Below are positions 35,978 to 44,157 of a stretch of DNA of 64,000 bases, in pieces (the first letter of the stretch is position 1; each line of letters begins with the position of its first letter). The position numbers and the translations under genes are program-made. The stretch is from the NCBI GenBank assembly GCA_036403435.1, contig DASWQY010000157.1:3186-67185 (forward strand), given 5' to 3'. The notes under the pieces are model-generated. The model saw only the letters and a program-made list of their open reading frames with translations. It searched no databases and had not been told where the DNA came from. This stretch comes from Pyrinomonadaceae bacterium. GTDB lineage: Bacteria > Acidobacteriota > Blastocatellia > Pyrinomonadales > Pyrinomonadaceae.

Positions 35978-38900
35978 TTAGAACCTGAGCTTCAGCCCGA
36001 ACTGGAAGGCGCGGGGGCCGCCCGTGCCGAAGACACTGGTCGTGCGTTCCGACGGTGCGAGCGGATTGCTGTCGTCGCCCGCCGGGTTGAGCGTGAAGGC
36101 GGTCGAGCCGCCGGTCGTCAGGTTGGCGACGTTGAAGAGGTTGAAGACCTCGCCGATAACGTCGAGCTTGACGTTCTCGCTGAAGCTGAACGTCTTGGTG
36201 ACGCGCACGTCCTGCGAGATGACCGAGTCGCCGCCGATGAGCGCGTCGGCGGGGACGTGGTTGAGCGGCAGGAGCGGGTCGTGGAAGAAGAAGTTCGGGT
36301 CCGAGGCGTCGCCGGCGTCGCAACGCTCGGCCGGGTCAGCCTCGCACGGCTCGCCCAGCGTCGGGATGCTCGCGTTGTAGGCGTCAATCAGCGAGTTCAA
36401 CTCCCCCACGCTCCTGACGGTGCGCCCGAGCGAGCCCTCGCCCGTGCCGGGCAGGTAAGACTGGAACGTGCCCGTCCTGGAAAGGTCCGCGAAGGCCGGC
36501 AGGAAGACGCTGAAGGGCTGGCCGCTGAAGGCCGTCGAGATGAGCGAGAGCTGCCAGCCGCCGAGCACGTTGCGCTTGAACGAGTCCGAACTCTTGCGGA
36601 AGAACGGCAGCTCGTAGATGGCGCTGACGACGAAGCGGTGCGTGCGGTCGAGCCCGGCGGGGCCGAACTCCTTGCGGAGGTTGTTCAGGTCGGTGACGGT
36701 CGCGCCGAGGCCGAGCGCGTCACTGCCGAACGCCTTGAAGCGGGCGAGCGCGTAGCTGGCCGTCATCTGGAAGCCGTTCGAGAAGCGGCGGTCCAGACGC
36801 ATCAGCAGCGCCTTGTAGGTCGAGAAGCCGGACGAGTCGGCGTACGGCACCGAGTTCGGGAAGGCCGTCTTCGGGCCGCCGACGAGCGAGAAGAAGTGGT
36901 TGGCGTCGTAGGTGATGACTTCGTGTACGCCCTTGCGGTAGTTGAAGTCTGCCTGAAGGAGCATCTTCCAGGGCAGCTCGCGCTGGACGCCGAGGCTGTA
37001 CTGGATCGAGTAGGGCACCTGGAACTCGGTCGAGAAGATCGGCCCCGAAGGGGCGAGCCCCAAGTCGTTCTCACACTCGATGCCGGTCGGGAACGTACAA
37101 GTTGCGATGCTGGCCTCAACGTCGGCGCGCACGGCCGGGAAGATCGCCAGCGCCTGCGCGAGAGTCAACTGCCCGACGCCGAAGCGGCCGTCGCCGCCCG
37201 GCAGCAAGGGGCTGCGCAGGTCGGCCCCGATGAGGAACAGCTCCGCGCCCGGAGCGCCGAGGTCGGCGCGCTCGAAGAGGCGCAGGTTGTCAATCGTGTT
37301 GTCGTAGTACATGCCGACGCCGCCGCGCACGACCGTCTTGCCATTGCCGCCAACGTCCCACGCGAAGCCGACGCGCGGCGCAATGTTGTTGTTGTCGCGC
37401 GGGCTCGGGGCCGTGCCCTTGCCGAAGAGCGGGGCGATGACCTCCGGGTGGCCCAGGTCGTGGTTCCAGAGGTTCGAGTCCAGGCGGTACGAGACGCCGT
37501 AGTTGAAGGTGAAGTTACTCTTAATCTTCCACGAGTCGTTGACGTAGAACTGGATGCGGTTGTTGCGCGTGTCGTCGCCGCCGTTGAAGGGCAGGATGTC
37601 CGTGCCGATGCCCATCGAGATGTCGCGCACGGGGTAGGCGAGGAACTCGGCCTCGGTCGTCGGGATCGTCAGCCCCGGCGTCGTCGGGTTGAAGAGGCGG
37701 ATGCGCGCCGGCTTGGCGAAGGCGAACTGGCCGTTGATGGAGGTCAACTCGTAGTTGGCCCCGAAGCGGAAGGTGTGATCGCCCCAGACCTTCGTCAAAT
37801 CGTCGCGCAACTGGTAACGCTCCTGGAAGGTGGTCTGCGGCGTGATGTAGTTGGTCCCCGACTTCCAGAGCTGCGAGCCGAGGATGCGGATTTCGGGGAT
37901 GCCCTCGGTCGCCGGCAGGATGACGTTGGAGAAGTCCACGAAGCTGAAGACGAAGTTGTTCGAGAGCGTCGGGTTGAAGGCGTGCGTCACGCCCGTCACG
38001 AAGCTGTGCGAGCGGTTCGTCACGATCTGGTCGTTGGACTGGAAGATGCCCGAGGCCGACTCGCGCGGCACGATGCCGGAGCCGGGGGCGAACGGCACCT
38101 GCTGGAAGTTGTCGTCGAACGAGTAACGGAAGTTGACGTTCGTGCTGTTGCTCACCACCCAGTCTACCTTGCCGGTGACGAGCTTCTCGTCGAACGGGTT
38201 CGGCGTGAAGCCGGCGAACGACGGCCCCTCGGTCGGGTTGTGCAGCGCCGAGCCGTCCTGGTTGTTCTGCTCGTAGTTGAAAAAGAAGAAGAGCTTGTCT
38301 CGCTTGATCGGCCCGCCGATGGTCGCGCCGAACTGCTGGCGGTCGAACGGAATCTTGTCGGCGCGCGCGGCCTCGGGGATGCCGTTGGCGGCGTCGAGGC
38401 GGCTCAAGGCGGGAAAGGCCGCCCACTTGTCGTCGCGCGCATAGATGTAGGCGTTGCCGTGGAACTGGTTCGAGCCCGAGCGCGAGATGATGTTGACGGA
38501 GCCGGTGGCCGAAGCGCCGGTCGAAAGGTCGTAGTTGGAGATGCCGAGTTGAAACTCCTGCACGATCTCCTGCGAGAAGTTCTGGACGGTCGTGCCGACG
38601 ACGTTGTCCACGACGGAGCCGCCGTCAACCGCGATCTGCGCGGAGCGGCCCGCCTGGCCGGCGACCGAGACGCCCGTGTAGTTGGCCTTAGTCGGGTCGA
38701 AGCTACCGCCCTCGACCTTTTCGACGCCGGGCTGGAGCTGCGCCAGGTCCAGGAAGTTGCGCCCGTTCAAGGGCAGGTTCTGAATCTGGACGGTGTTGAC
38801 CACGCCCGCGACCGTGTTGTCCGTGCGGTCTATCTGGGCCTCGCCGCCGCCCGTCACGGTGACGGTCTCGGTGGCGACGCCGATTTCGAGACTCACGTCC

Positions 38901-39244
38901 TGCGGCGTGGTGCGGCCGACCTCGACCTTCACGTCGGAGACGATGGTCTGCTTGAAGTTGGTGCCGCCGACGCGGACATCGTAGGTGCCCGGCGGGAGTT
39001 GCGCGATGCGGTACTGCCCGTCGTCGTTCGTCGTTACGTTGCGGGTCAGCTTGGTGCCCGTGTTGACGACCGAGACTTCCGCGCCCTGGACGATGGCCTG
39101 CTGCGGGTCGCGCACCGTGCCCTCGATGGAGCCGGTCGGCTCCTGGGCGAGCGCGACAAAAGAGAGACCGAGGAGGAGGAGGAACGCCTGCGAGGATACG
39201 CTCAGCAGCCACTTCCATAGTCTGCTTCTCAGATGAACCTTCAT
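35978..39244 (-). CDS. TonB-dependent receptor with N-terminal carboxypeptidase-regulatory-like domain
   Basis: The start is set at MKVHLRSRLWKWLLSV...VALAQ (ATG at 39244-39242). The CarboxypepD_reg-like region reads GSIEGTVRDPQQAIVQGAEVSVVN...DDGQYRIAQLPPGTYDVRV. The C-terminus ends FQFGLKLRF. Confidence 0.85.
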   Translation of the reverse strand: MKVHLRSRLWKWLLSVSSQAFLLLLGLSFVALAQEPTGSIEGTVRDPQQAIVQGAEVSVVNTGTKLTRNVTTNDDGQYRIAQLPPGTYDVRVGGTNFKQTIVSDVKVEVGRTTPQDVSLEIGVATETVTVTGGGEAQIDRTDNTVAGVVNTVQIQNLPLNGRNFLDLAQLQPGVEKVEGGSFDPTKANYTGVSVAGQAGRSAQIAVDGGSVVDNVVGTTVQNFSQEIVQEFQLGISNYDLSTGASATGSVNIISRSGSNQFHGNAYIYARDDKWAAFPALSRLDAANGIPEAARADKIPFDRQQFGATIGGPIKRDKLFFFFNYEQNNQDGSALHNPTEGPSFAGFTPNPFDEKLVTGKVDWVVSNSTNVNFRYSFDDNFQQVPFAPGSGIVPRESASGIFQSNDQIVTNRSHSFVTGVTHAFNPTLSNNFVFSFVDFSNVILPATEGIPEIRILGSQLWKSGTNYITPQTTFQERYQLRDDLTKVWGDHTFRFGANYELTSINGQFAFAKPARIRLFNPTTPGLTIPTTEAEFLAYPVRDISMGIGTDILPFNGGDDTRNNRIQFYVNDSWKIKSNFTFNYGVSYRLDSNLWNHDLGHPEVIAPLFGKGTAPSPRDNNNIAPRVGFAWDVGGNGKTVVRGGVGMYYDNTIDNLRLFERADLGAPGAELFLIGADLRSPLLPGGDGRFGVGQLTLAQALAIFPAVRADVEASIATCTFPTGIECENDLGLAPSGPIFSTEFQVPYSIQYSLGVQRELPWKMLLQADFNYRKGVHEVITYDANHFFSLVGGPKTAFPNSVPYADSSGFSTYKALLMRLDRRFSNGFQMTASYALARFKAFGSDALGLGATVTDLNNLRKEFGPAGLDRTHRFVVSAIYELPFFRKSSDSFKRNVLGGWQLSLISTAFSGQPFSVFLPAFADLSRTGTFQSYLPGTGEGSLGRTVRSVGELNSLIDAYNASIPTLGEPCEADPAERCDAGDASDPNFFFHDPLLPLNHVPADALIGGDSVISQDVRVTKTFSFSENVKLDVIGEVFNLFNVANLTTGGSTAFTLNPAGDDSNPLAPSERTTSVFGTGGPRAFQFGLKLRF

Positions 39245-39657
39245 AAAAAGTTCCTTTCTACTAACTTTTTCAGCTAGCTCTGGCGTCTTCTGGGAAAGAC
39301 CTATATCCCGTGGAGAGAAATCGTTTGAAAGGCGGAGAACCCCGTGATGCCGTCCAGAAGCTGCAACTGCTATGCCCGCACGCGGGGATTGAATGAACAC
39401 CTTCTATTACCGGCGTTGAGGGGTGCGGTGCGGGGTCCACCGGGTCAGGCGTAATCCGAAAAAATGAATTCCTCCGACCGAAAAAATGAATTACATCCAG
39501 AAATCGAAAGCCCCGTGATGCCCGCCGCATTTGTGTTAGACTTCAAAACGAGCCCCGCACAGATCGCCCCGCCCGGCTGTCCTTATATATAAGGCCCGGA
39601 CGCGGCGGAGGGCGCGCGGGCGATTCGGAAACCTTCAGAGGAAAGTCGAGCCGGCGC

Positions 39658-40977
39658 GTGTCCGAACGCATCTACCGCGACCCCGTGCACAACATCATCC
39701 GTCTCAGGACGGACACGGACGAGGGCCGCCTGATGGTGAGCCTGATTGACGCGCCCGAGTTCCAGCGCCTGCGCCGCATCAAGCAACTGGGCCTCGCGCT
39801 CTTCACCTACCAGGGCGCGGAGCACTCGCGCTTCACCCACTCGCTCGGCGTGCTCCACCTGATGACGCGCGTGCTCAACCGCCTCGGCGAGAATTATGAG
39901 ATCGCGCCCGCGGACCACGCGGCGGCGTGCGCGGCGGCGCTCCTTCACGACGTGGGCCACGGCTCCTACTCGCACGTGATGGAGAAGGTACTGGGCTTTC
40001 ATCACGAGGCGTGGACGGTGCGCGTCGTCATGAGCGAGGAGACGGAAGTGGGCCAACTCCTGCGCTCCTTCGCGCCGGAGTTCCCAGGCCGCGTCGCGAG
40101 CATCATAGAGGGGAAGTTCCAGCCCGCCGCGCTCGCGCAGCTGGTCTCGTCGCAGCTCGACGTTGACCGCATGGACTACCTCTTGCGCGACTCGCTGATG
40201 ACGGGCGCGAAGTACGGCATGTATGATTTGGAGTGGGTCATCAACGCGCTCCAGATTGACGAGGAGAACGACCGCATCATCGTCGCGGCGCGCGGCCTCT
40301 ACGCCGTCGAGGAATATTTGCAGGCGCGCTACTACATGTTCCGCCAGGTCTACTTTCACCGCACGCTGCGCTCGGCCGAGGCCGTGCTGCGCTCGGCCTT
40401 GCGCCGCGCGCTTACGCTCCTGGAAGAGGGCAAGGAAGTTTGGTGCGCGCCCGGCACCGCCTTCGAGAAGGTCCTGCGCCGCCAGCCGCTCTCCTTAGGC
40501 GAGCACCTTGAGATGGACGACTCGGACGTGCTCTTTCACATCAAGCAGTGGCAGCGGAGCGCCGACCCCGTCCTGAGCGACCTGAGCCGCCGCTTTACGG
40601 GTCGCCGCCTCTTCAAGGCGATTGACCTCGACATGCCCGAGGCCGAGCGCGCGGGCTTCCTCGCGGCGGCGCGCGAAGAGGTGGCGCGCGCGGGCTACGA
40701 GCCAGAGTACTACTTCATAGAGGACCACGCGGGCGACGTTCCCTACTACAACTACTACACGGCCGCGGGCGCGGAGCCGAAGGCGCGCATCTACGTCGAG
40801 GACGGCTACGCGCGCCCCGTCGTGCGCGAGATCAGCGAGGTCAGCGAGGCCGTGCGCGGCCTACAGCGATACCAACTCAACCGCGTCTGCTTCCCGCCCG
40901 AAGTCAAAGAGCAGGTCTACAGGCTCTACCACAGCGTTGCCCCGCCCGAGCAGCAGGCCGCGCGGACAGGAGATTGA
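39658..40977 (+). CDS. HD-domain phosphohydrolase (COG1078 / dNTP triphosphohydrolase-like)
   Basis: 439 aa with a GTG start. Motifs are [31 protein letters not shown] and [12 protein letters not shown]. Confidence 0.85.
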   Translation: MSERIYRDPVHNIIRLRTDTDEGRLMVSLIDAPEFQRLRRIKQLGLALFTYQGAEHSRFTHSLGVLHLMTRVLNRLGENYEIAPADHAAACAAALLHDVGHGSYSHVMEKVLGFHHEAWTVRVVMSEETEVGQLLRSFAPEFPGRVASIIEGKFQPAALAQLVSSQLDVDRMDYLLRDSLMTGAKYGMYDLEWVINALQIDEENDRIIVAARGLYAVEEYLQARYYMFRQVYFHRTLRSAEAVLRSALRRALTLLEEGKEVWCAPGTAFEKVLRRQPLSLGEHLEMDDSDVLFHIKQWQRSADPVLSDLSRRFTGRRLFKAIDLDMPEAERAGFLAAAREEVARAGYEPEYYFIEDHAGDVPYYNYYTAAGAEPKARIYVEDGYARPVVREISEVSEAVRGLQRYQLNRVCFPPEVKEQVYRLYHSVAPPEQQAARTGD

Positions 40978-41098
40978 GACGCGTGAGCTTCGGGTTCCTT
41001 ACGGCAAACGCTACGGCCGCGCCCACCTGGACCCGAAGGCCCCCGCGTACTTGAAAACCTCCTGAACAGCGCGGCATGCTTGGCTAAACAATCCGACG

Positions 41099-41992
41099 AT
41101 GCCTAACCCTCGCCGCCTTCTTCTTCTAGCTCTCGTCGCCTGCGCGCTTCTTCCGTCGAGTGTCGCGGCACAGGCGAGGCTGCGCGTGGCCGTGCTGGAT
41201 TTCGGCGGGACGGAGACGGGCTTGCGCGCGGCGCAGAGGCTGACGCGCGCTTTCGCTTCGGGCGAGGGACTGTCGCCGATTGACCCCGAAGAGAGTCGCG
41301 CCGCCGCGCGCGGCGCGGGCTACGGCGGTTCTCTCAACATGACACTCGATGAGGCGCGCGACCTCGGCGGGGCGCTCGGCGCGGACTTCTACGTGACGGG
41401 CGACGCGCAGACCTTGCGCCGCTCGCCTTCTTCCGGCCCGCACTACTTTGAATCCTACGCCTCCGTCTTCGTCGTCAGCTCACGCACGGGCCGCCTGGTC
41501 CTCTGGGACCGCCCGAGCTTCGAGGCGGCGTCGCTCGAGGAGTCGGAAAAACTTTTGCTCGCGGAATTGGACCGGCGGGCCGCGAATTACAGTCAGGCGA
41601 TTGCTCACGCGCGCGAATCGGAGTTGCGTGAGCGCGCTCAGCTGATCGAACGCGCCGCCGCTTCGTCGCCCGCCGTCGCCGACGCGCCCGAGGACGAGGA
41701 GGCTGCCGCGCGCGCGGGCCTGCGCCTGCCGCAGCCCTACCGCCGTCTGCGGCCCGCTTACCCGGAGAGCGCGGCGCGCGCCGAGGCTGAGGCGACCGTG
41801 GACGTTAAAGTGGAGATTGACGCCGAAGGCGAAGTCACAAACGTTGAGGTCGTGCGCTGGGCCGGCTTCGGTCTGGACGAGGCGACCGTTCAGACCGTCC
41901 GGCAGCTTCACTTCACCCCGGCCCGTTTGAACGCCACGCCTGTTCCCCTGCGCTTCCTCCTGCGCTATAATTTCCGCAAACCAGCGAAATGA
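41099..41992 (+). CDS. Secreted protein with C-terminal TonB-like domain
   Basis: 297 aa with signal peptide LLLLALVACALLPSSVAAQA. The C-terminal region reads PAYPESAARAEAEATVDVKVEIDAEGEVTNVEVVR...ATVQTVRQLHFTPARLNATPV (TonB_C-like). Confidence 0.7.
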   Translation: MPNPRRLLLLALVACALLPSSVAAQARLRVAVLDFGGTETGLRAAQRLTRAFASGEGLSPIDPEESRAAARGAGYGGSLNMTLDEARDLGGALGADFYVTGDAQTLRRSPSSGPHYFESYASVFVVSSRTGRLVLWDRPSFEAASLEESEKLLLAELDRRAANYSQAIAHARESELRERAQLIERAAASSPAVADAPEDEEAAARAGLRLPQPYRRLRPAYPESAARAEAEATVDVKVEIDAEGEVTNVEVVRWAGFGLDEATVQTVRQLHFTPARLNATPVPLRFLLRYNFRKPAK

Positions 41993-43311
41993 ATGCAAAA
42001 TTAAAAATTAAAAATGCAAAGGTGAGGACGAGAAGCGCGCCCGTCTTCTTCTTCCTTTTTGCATTTTTAATTTTTAATTTTGCATTCTTACTCTCAGGAG
42101 AGACGAAGAGCAGCTCAACTGATGAAGACCGTCTCGCCGTCTTCGACGACGTGTGGGAGACGATTCGTGATCGCTACTACGATTCGTCGTTCCACGGCGT
42201 TGACTGGGAAGCGGCGCGCGCGAAGTTTCGCCCGCTGGCCGCGCGGGCGCAGACGACGGGTGAGCTTTACACCGTGCTGCGCCGCATGCTCGGCTCCCTG
42301 CGCGACCCGCATACGCGCGTCTTCGCGCCCGACGAGAAGTTCGACTGGCGCAGGCCGCGCTTCATCGGCGTCGGGCTCAGCGTGCGCGAGGTCGGCGGCC
42401 TCCCCGTGGTCGTCTCGGTCGAGCGCGGGAGTGAGGCCGAGCGCGCGGGCCTGCGCGCGGGCGACGTGGTCGCGGCCGTTGACGACGAGCCCGCGCTCGA
42501 ACTTTTCGCGCGCCGCCTCAAAGAGCAGGCCGCCTCGCCCGACACGGCCTCGACGCGCTTTCAGGTGATGGCTAGATTGTTCGAGGGGCCGCAAGGGTCC
42601 ACGGTCGGCGTCCGCTGGGTCGGCGCGGACGGGCGCGAGCGGACCACGCGGCTCAGGCGCGAGTGGCGCGAGCGCGATTCTTCCCTGCGCGTGCGGCGCG
42701 TGCGCGGCGGCGAGATCGGCGTCGTCGAGTTCGACATCTTCACCGAAGAGGTCGCGGGCGCTCTGGTGCGCGCGCTCGACCACGAGTTGCGCGGCGTGCG
42801 CGGCCTGGTCGTTGACCTGCGCTACAACGGCGGGGGCGAGACAGAGGCGATGACCGAGGTCGCGTCGGCCTTCCTGCCGGCGGGCCGCAGCCTCGGGCGC
42901 TTCACAGACCGCCTCGGGCACTTGCAGTTTGAGCCGCACACGCGCGCCGCGCTCCTTTTCGCCCCCGACCGCGTCAAGACTTTCCGCGGCCCCGTCATCA
43001 TCCTCACCTCGGAACGCACGTCGAGCGCGGCTGAAATCTTCGTCGCGGCGTTGAAGGACGCGGGCCGCGCGACCACCATCGGCCAGAGCACCTGCGGCTG
43101 CGTGCTTGCCATCCGACGCCGCCACCTGCTGCCCGACGGCGGCGAGTTGACCGTCAGCGAGATGGACTACCAGACGGCAGCGGGCGCGCGCCTCGAAGGG
43201 GCCGGCCTCGTGCCGGACGAACGGATCGCGCTCGACCGACAGGACCTGCGCGCCCGCCGCGACCGCGCCTTCGAGCGCGCCGTCGAGCGCCTGGAGCCCG
43301 CTCATCCGTAG
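41989..43311 (+). CDS. S41 family peptidase (C-terminal processing/tail-specific type, with PDZ)
   Basis: 440 aa. The ATG at 41989 overlaps the upstream TGA as ATGA; an in-frame GTG at 42022 is an alternative start. Motifs are FDDVWETIRDRYYD, a PDZ-like GDVVAAVDDEP, DLRYNGGGE and LTSERTSSAAEIFVAALKD. Confidence 0.8.
   Translation: MNAKLKIKNAKVRTRSAPVFFFLFAFLIFNFAFLLSGETKSSSTDEDRLAVFDDVWETIRDRYYDSSFHGVDWEAARAKFRPLAARAQTTGELYTVLRRMLGSLRDPHTRVFAPDEKFDWRRPRFIGVGLSVREVGGLPVVVSVERGSEAERAGLRAGDVVAAVDDEPALELFARRLKEQAASPDTASTRFQVMARLFEGPQGSTVGVRWVGADGRERTTRLRREWRERDSSLRVRRVRGGEIGVVEFDIFTEEVAGALVRALDHELRGVRGLVVDLRYNGGGETEAMTEVASAFLPAGRSLGRFTDRLGHLQFEPHTRAALLFAPDRVKTFRGPVIILTSERTSSAAEIFVAALKDAGRATTIGQSTCGCVLAIRRRHLLPDGGELTVSEMDYQTAAGARLEGAGLVPDERIALDRQDLRARRDRAFERAVERLEPAHP
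41991..42087. repeat. A/T-rich long hairpin element, AAATGCAAAA family
   Basis: GAATGCAAAATTAAAAATTAAAAATGCAAA (41991-42020) pairs with TTTGCATTTTTAATTTTTAATTTTGCATTC (42058-42087). About 29-30 bp are perfect. It is related to 63623-63718. It lies inside the 5' end of the S41 ORF. Confidence 0.85.
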
Positions 43312-43442
43312 CAGCGCAAGAACGAGCGGGGCGGAACATTCTTTTAGTCGAGTTCCCGGAACCTTGACGAGGCCGCCGGCGTGCGAGTAAAAGTCGGCTC
43401 AGGCTTCGTCCGCTGCTCAACCGCTTGAAAAGGAGTCTGACG

Positions 43443-43994
43443 ATGAACCCCCGAAAGCACCTGGCCGGTTTCACGATATTTTCCATCATTCTCGGCACCG
43501 CAATTCTCATCAATTACTATCTGACGCTGCCAGCCGCCACGATTCCCCCAGTCTCGCTTGAGCCGCCGGCGGTGGACGAGGTGGAAGTTACGCAGCCCAT
43601 CAACTCCACGGTGCGGCTGGTCTCGCTCGACTTCATCAACGGCAAGAGCTACACGACGCTCGTCCTCAACAAGCCCGAGGCCGGCGGGCCCGTGCCGGAG
43701 ATAGTCGAGGTCACGACAGTCTTCTACGTGCCGGACGGCAAGAACGGCCCGAGCCGGTTGACCCGGACCCGGATTCTCAGGCCGTTCGACGCGGGCGGCC
43801 AAGTCGAGGTCACGGCCGCGGCCGACTGCGGTTGGTGCAGCTCTGCCTACGTGCCGAAGGCCGGATACTTCGCCTACGTTTACGTCCGCGGCCTGCGCGC
43901 CGGGAGGACTTACCTGCCGGACTTAAAACCCGAGACGGTCGTCAAGACGGAGGTTCCGGTCGTGGTTCAAGCCCCGCCCCGGCCCGTGCGCTGA
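43443..43994 (+). CDS. Hypothetical membrane-anchored protein
   Basis: AAGGAG lies 7 nt upstream of the ATG at 43443. The N-terminal sequence is MNPRKHLAGFTIFSIILGTAILINYYL (N-terminal TM). I recognised no family. Confidence 0.5.
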   Translation: MNPRKHLAGFTIFSIILGTAILINYYLTLPAATIPPVSLEPPAVDEVEVTQPINSTVRLVSLDFINGKSYTTLVLNKPEAGGPVPEIVEVTTVFYVPDGKNGPSRLTRTRILRPFDAGGQVEVTAAADCGWCSSAYVPKAGYFAYVYVRGLRAGRTYLPDLKPETVVKTEVPVVVQAPPRPVR

Positions 43995-44157
43995 CACGCG
44001 CGCAAGTTCGGCCGCCCTTCTTCATTCAAGACGGCGTGAAGAGTCAACAGCTACTCGGCGCGCTTCATCCGAACGGCCGCGGGGCCGCGAGCGGACGAAG
44101 TGCGCCGCAGCGTGTAGCTTCTTAGTGCGCGCCGAAAGAGCGCCGGAGGATATTGCG

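Noticed and set aside
35915-39220. Very long plus-strand ORF (1101 aa) opposite TonB-dependent receptor 2. Similar long ORFs lie at 8055-9320, 9939-11567, 12441-14648, 15141-16910, 31542-32912, 48987-50753, 59504-60661 and 62421-63506.
   Set aside because: All are antisense to genes with unmistakable family motifs. Their translations are Arg/Ala/Gly/Asp/Val-rich with no motifs, as expected for stop-poor shadow frames in high-GC DNA.
39583-40359. 258-aa minus-strand ORF overlapping the HD-domain gene.
   Set aside because: It is antisense to a gene with clear HD motifs ([22 protein letters not shown]), and its translation has a shadow-frame composition.
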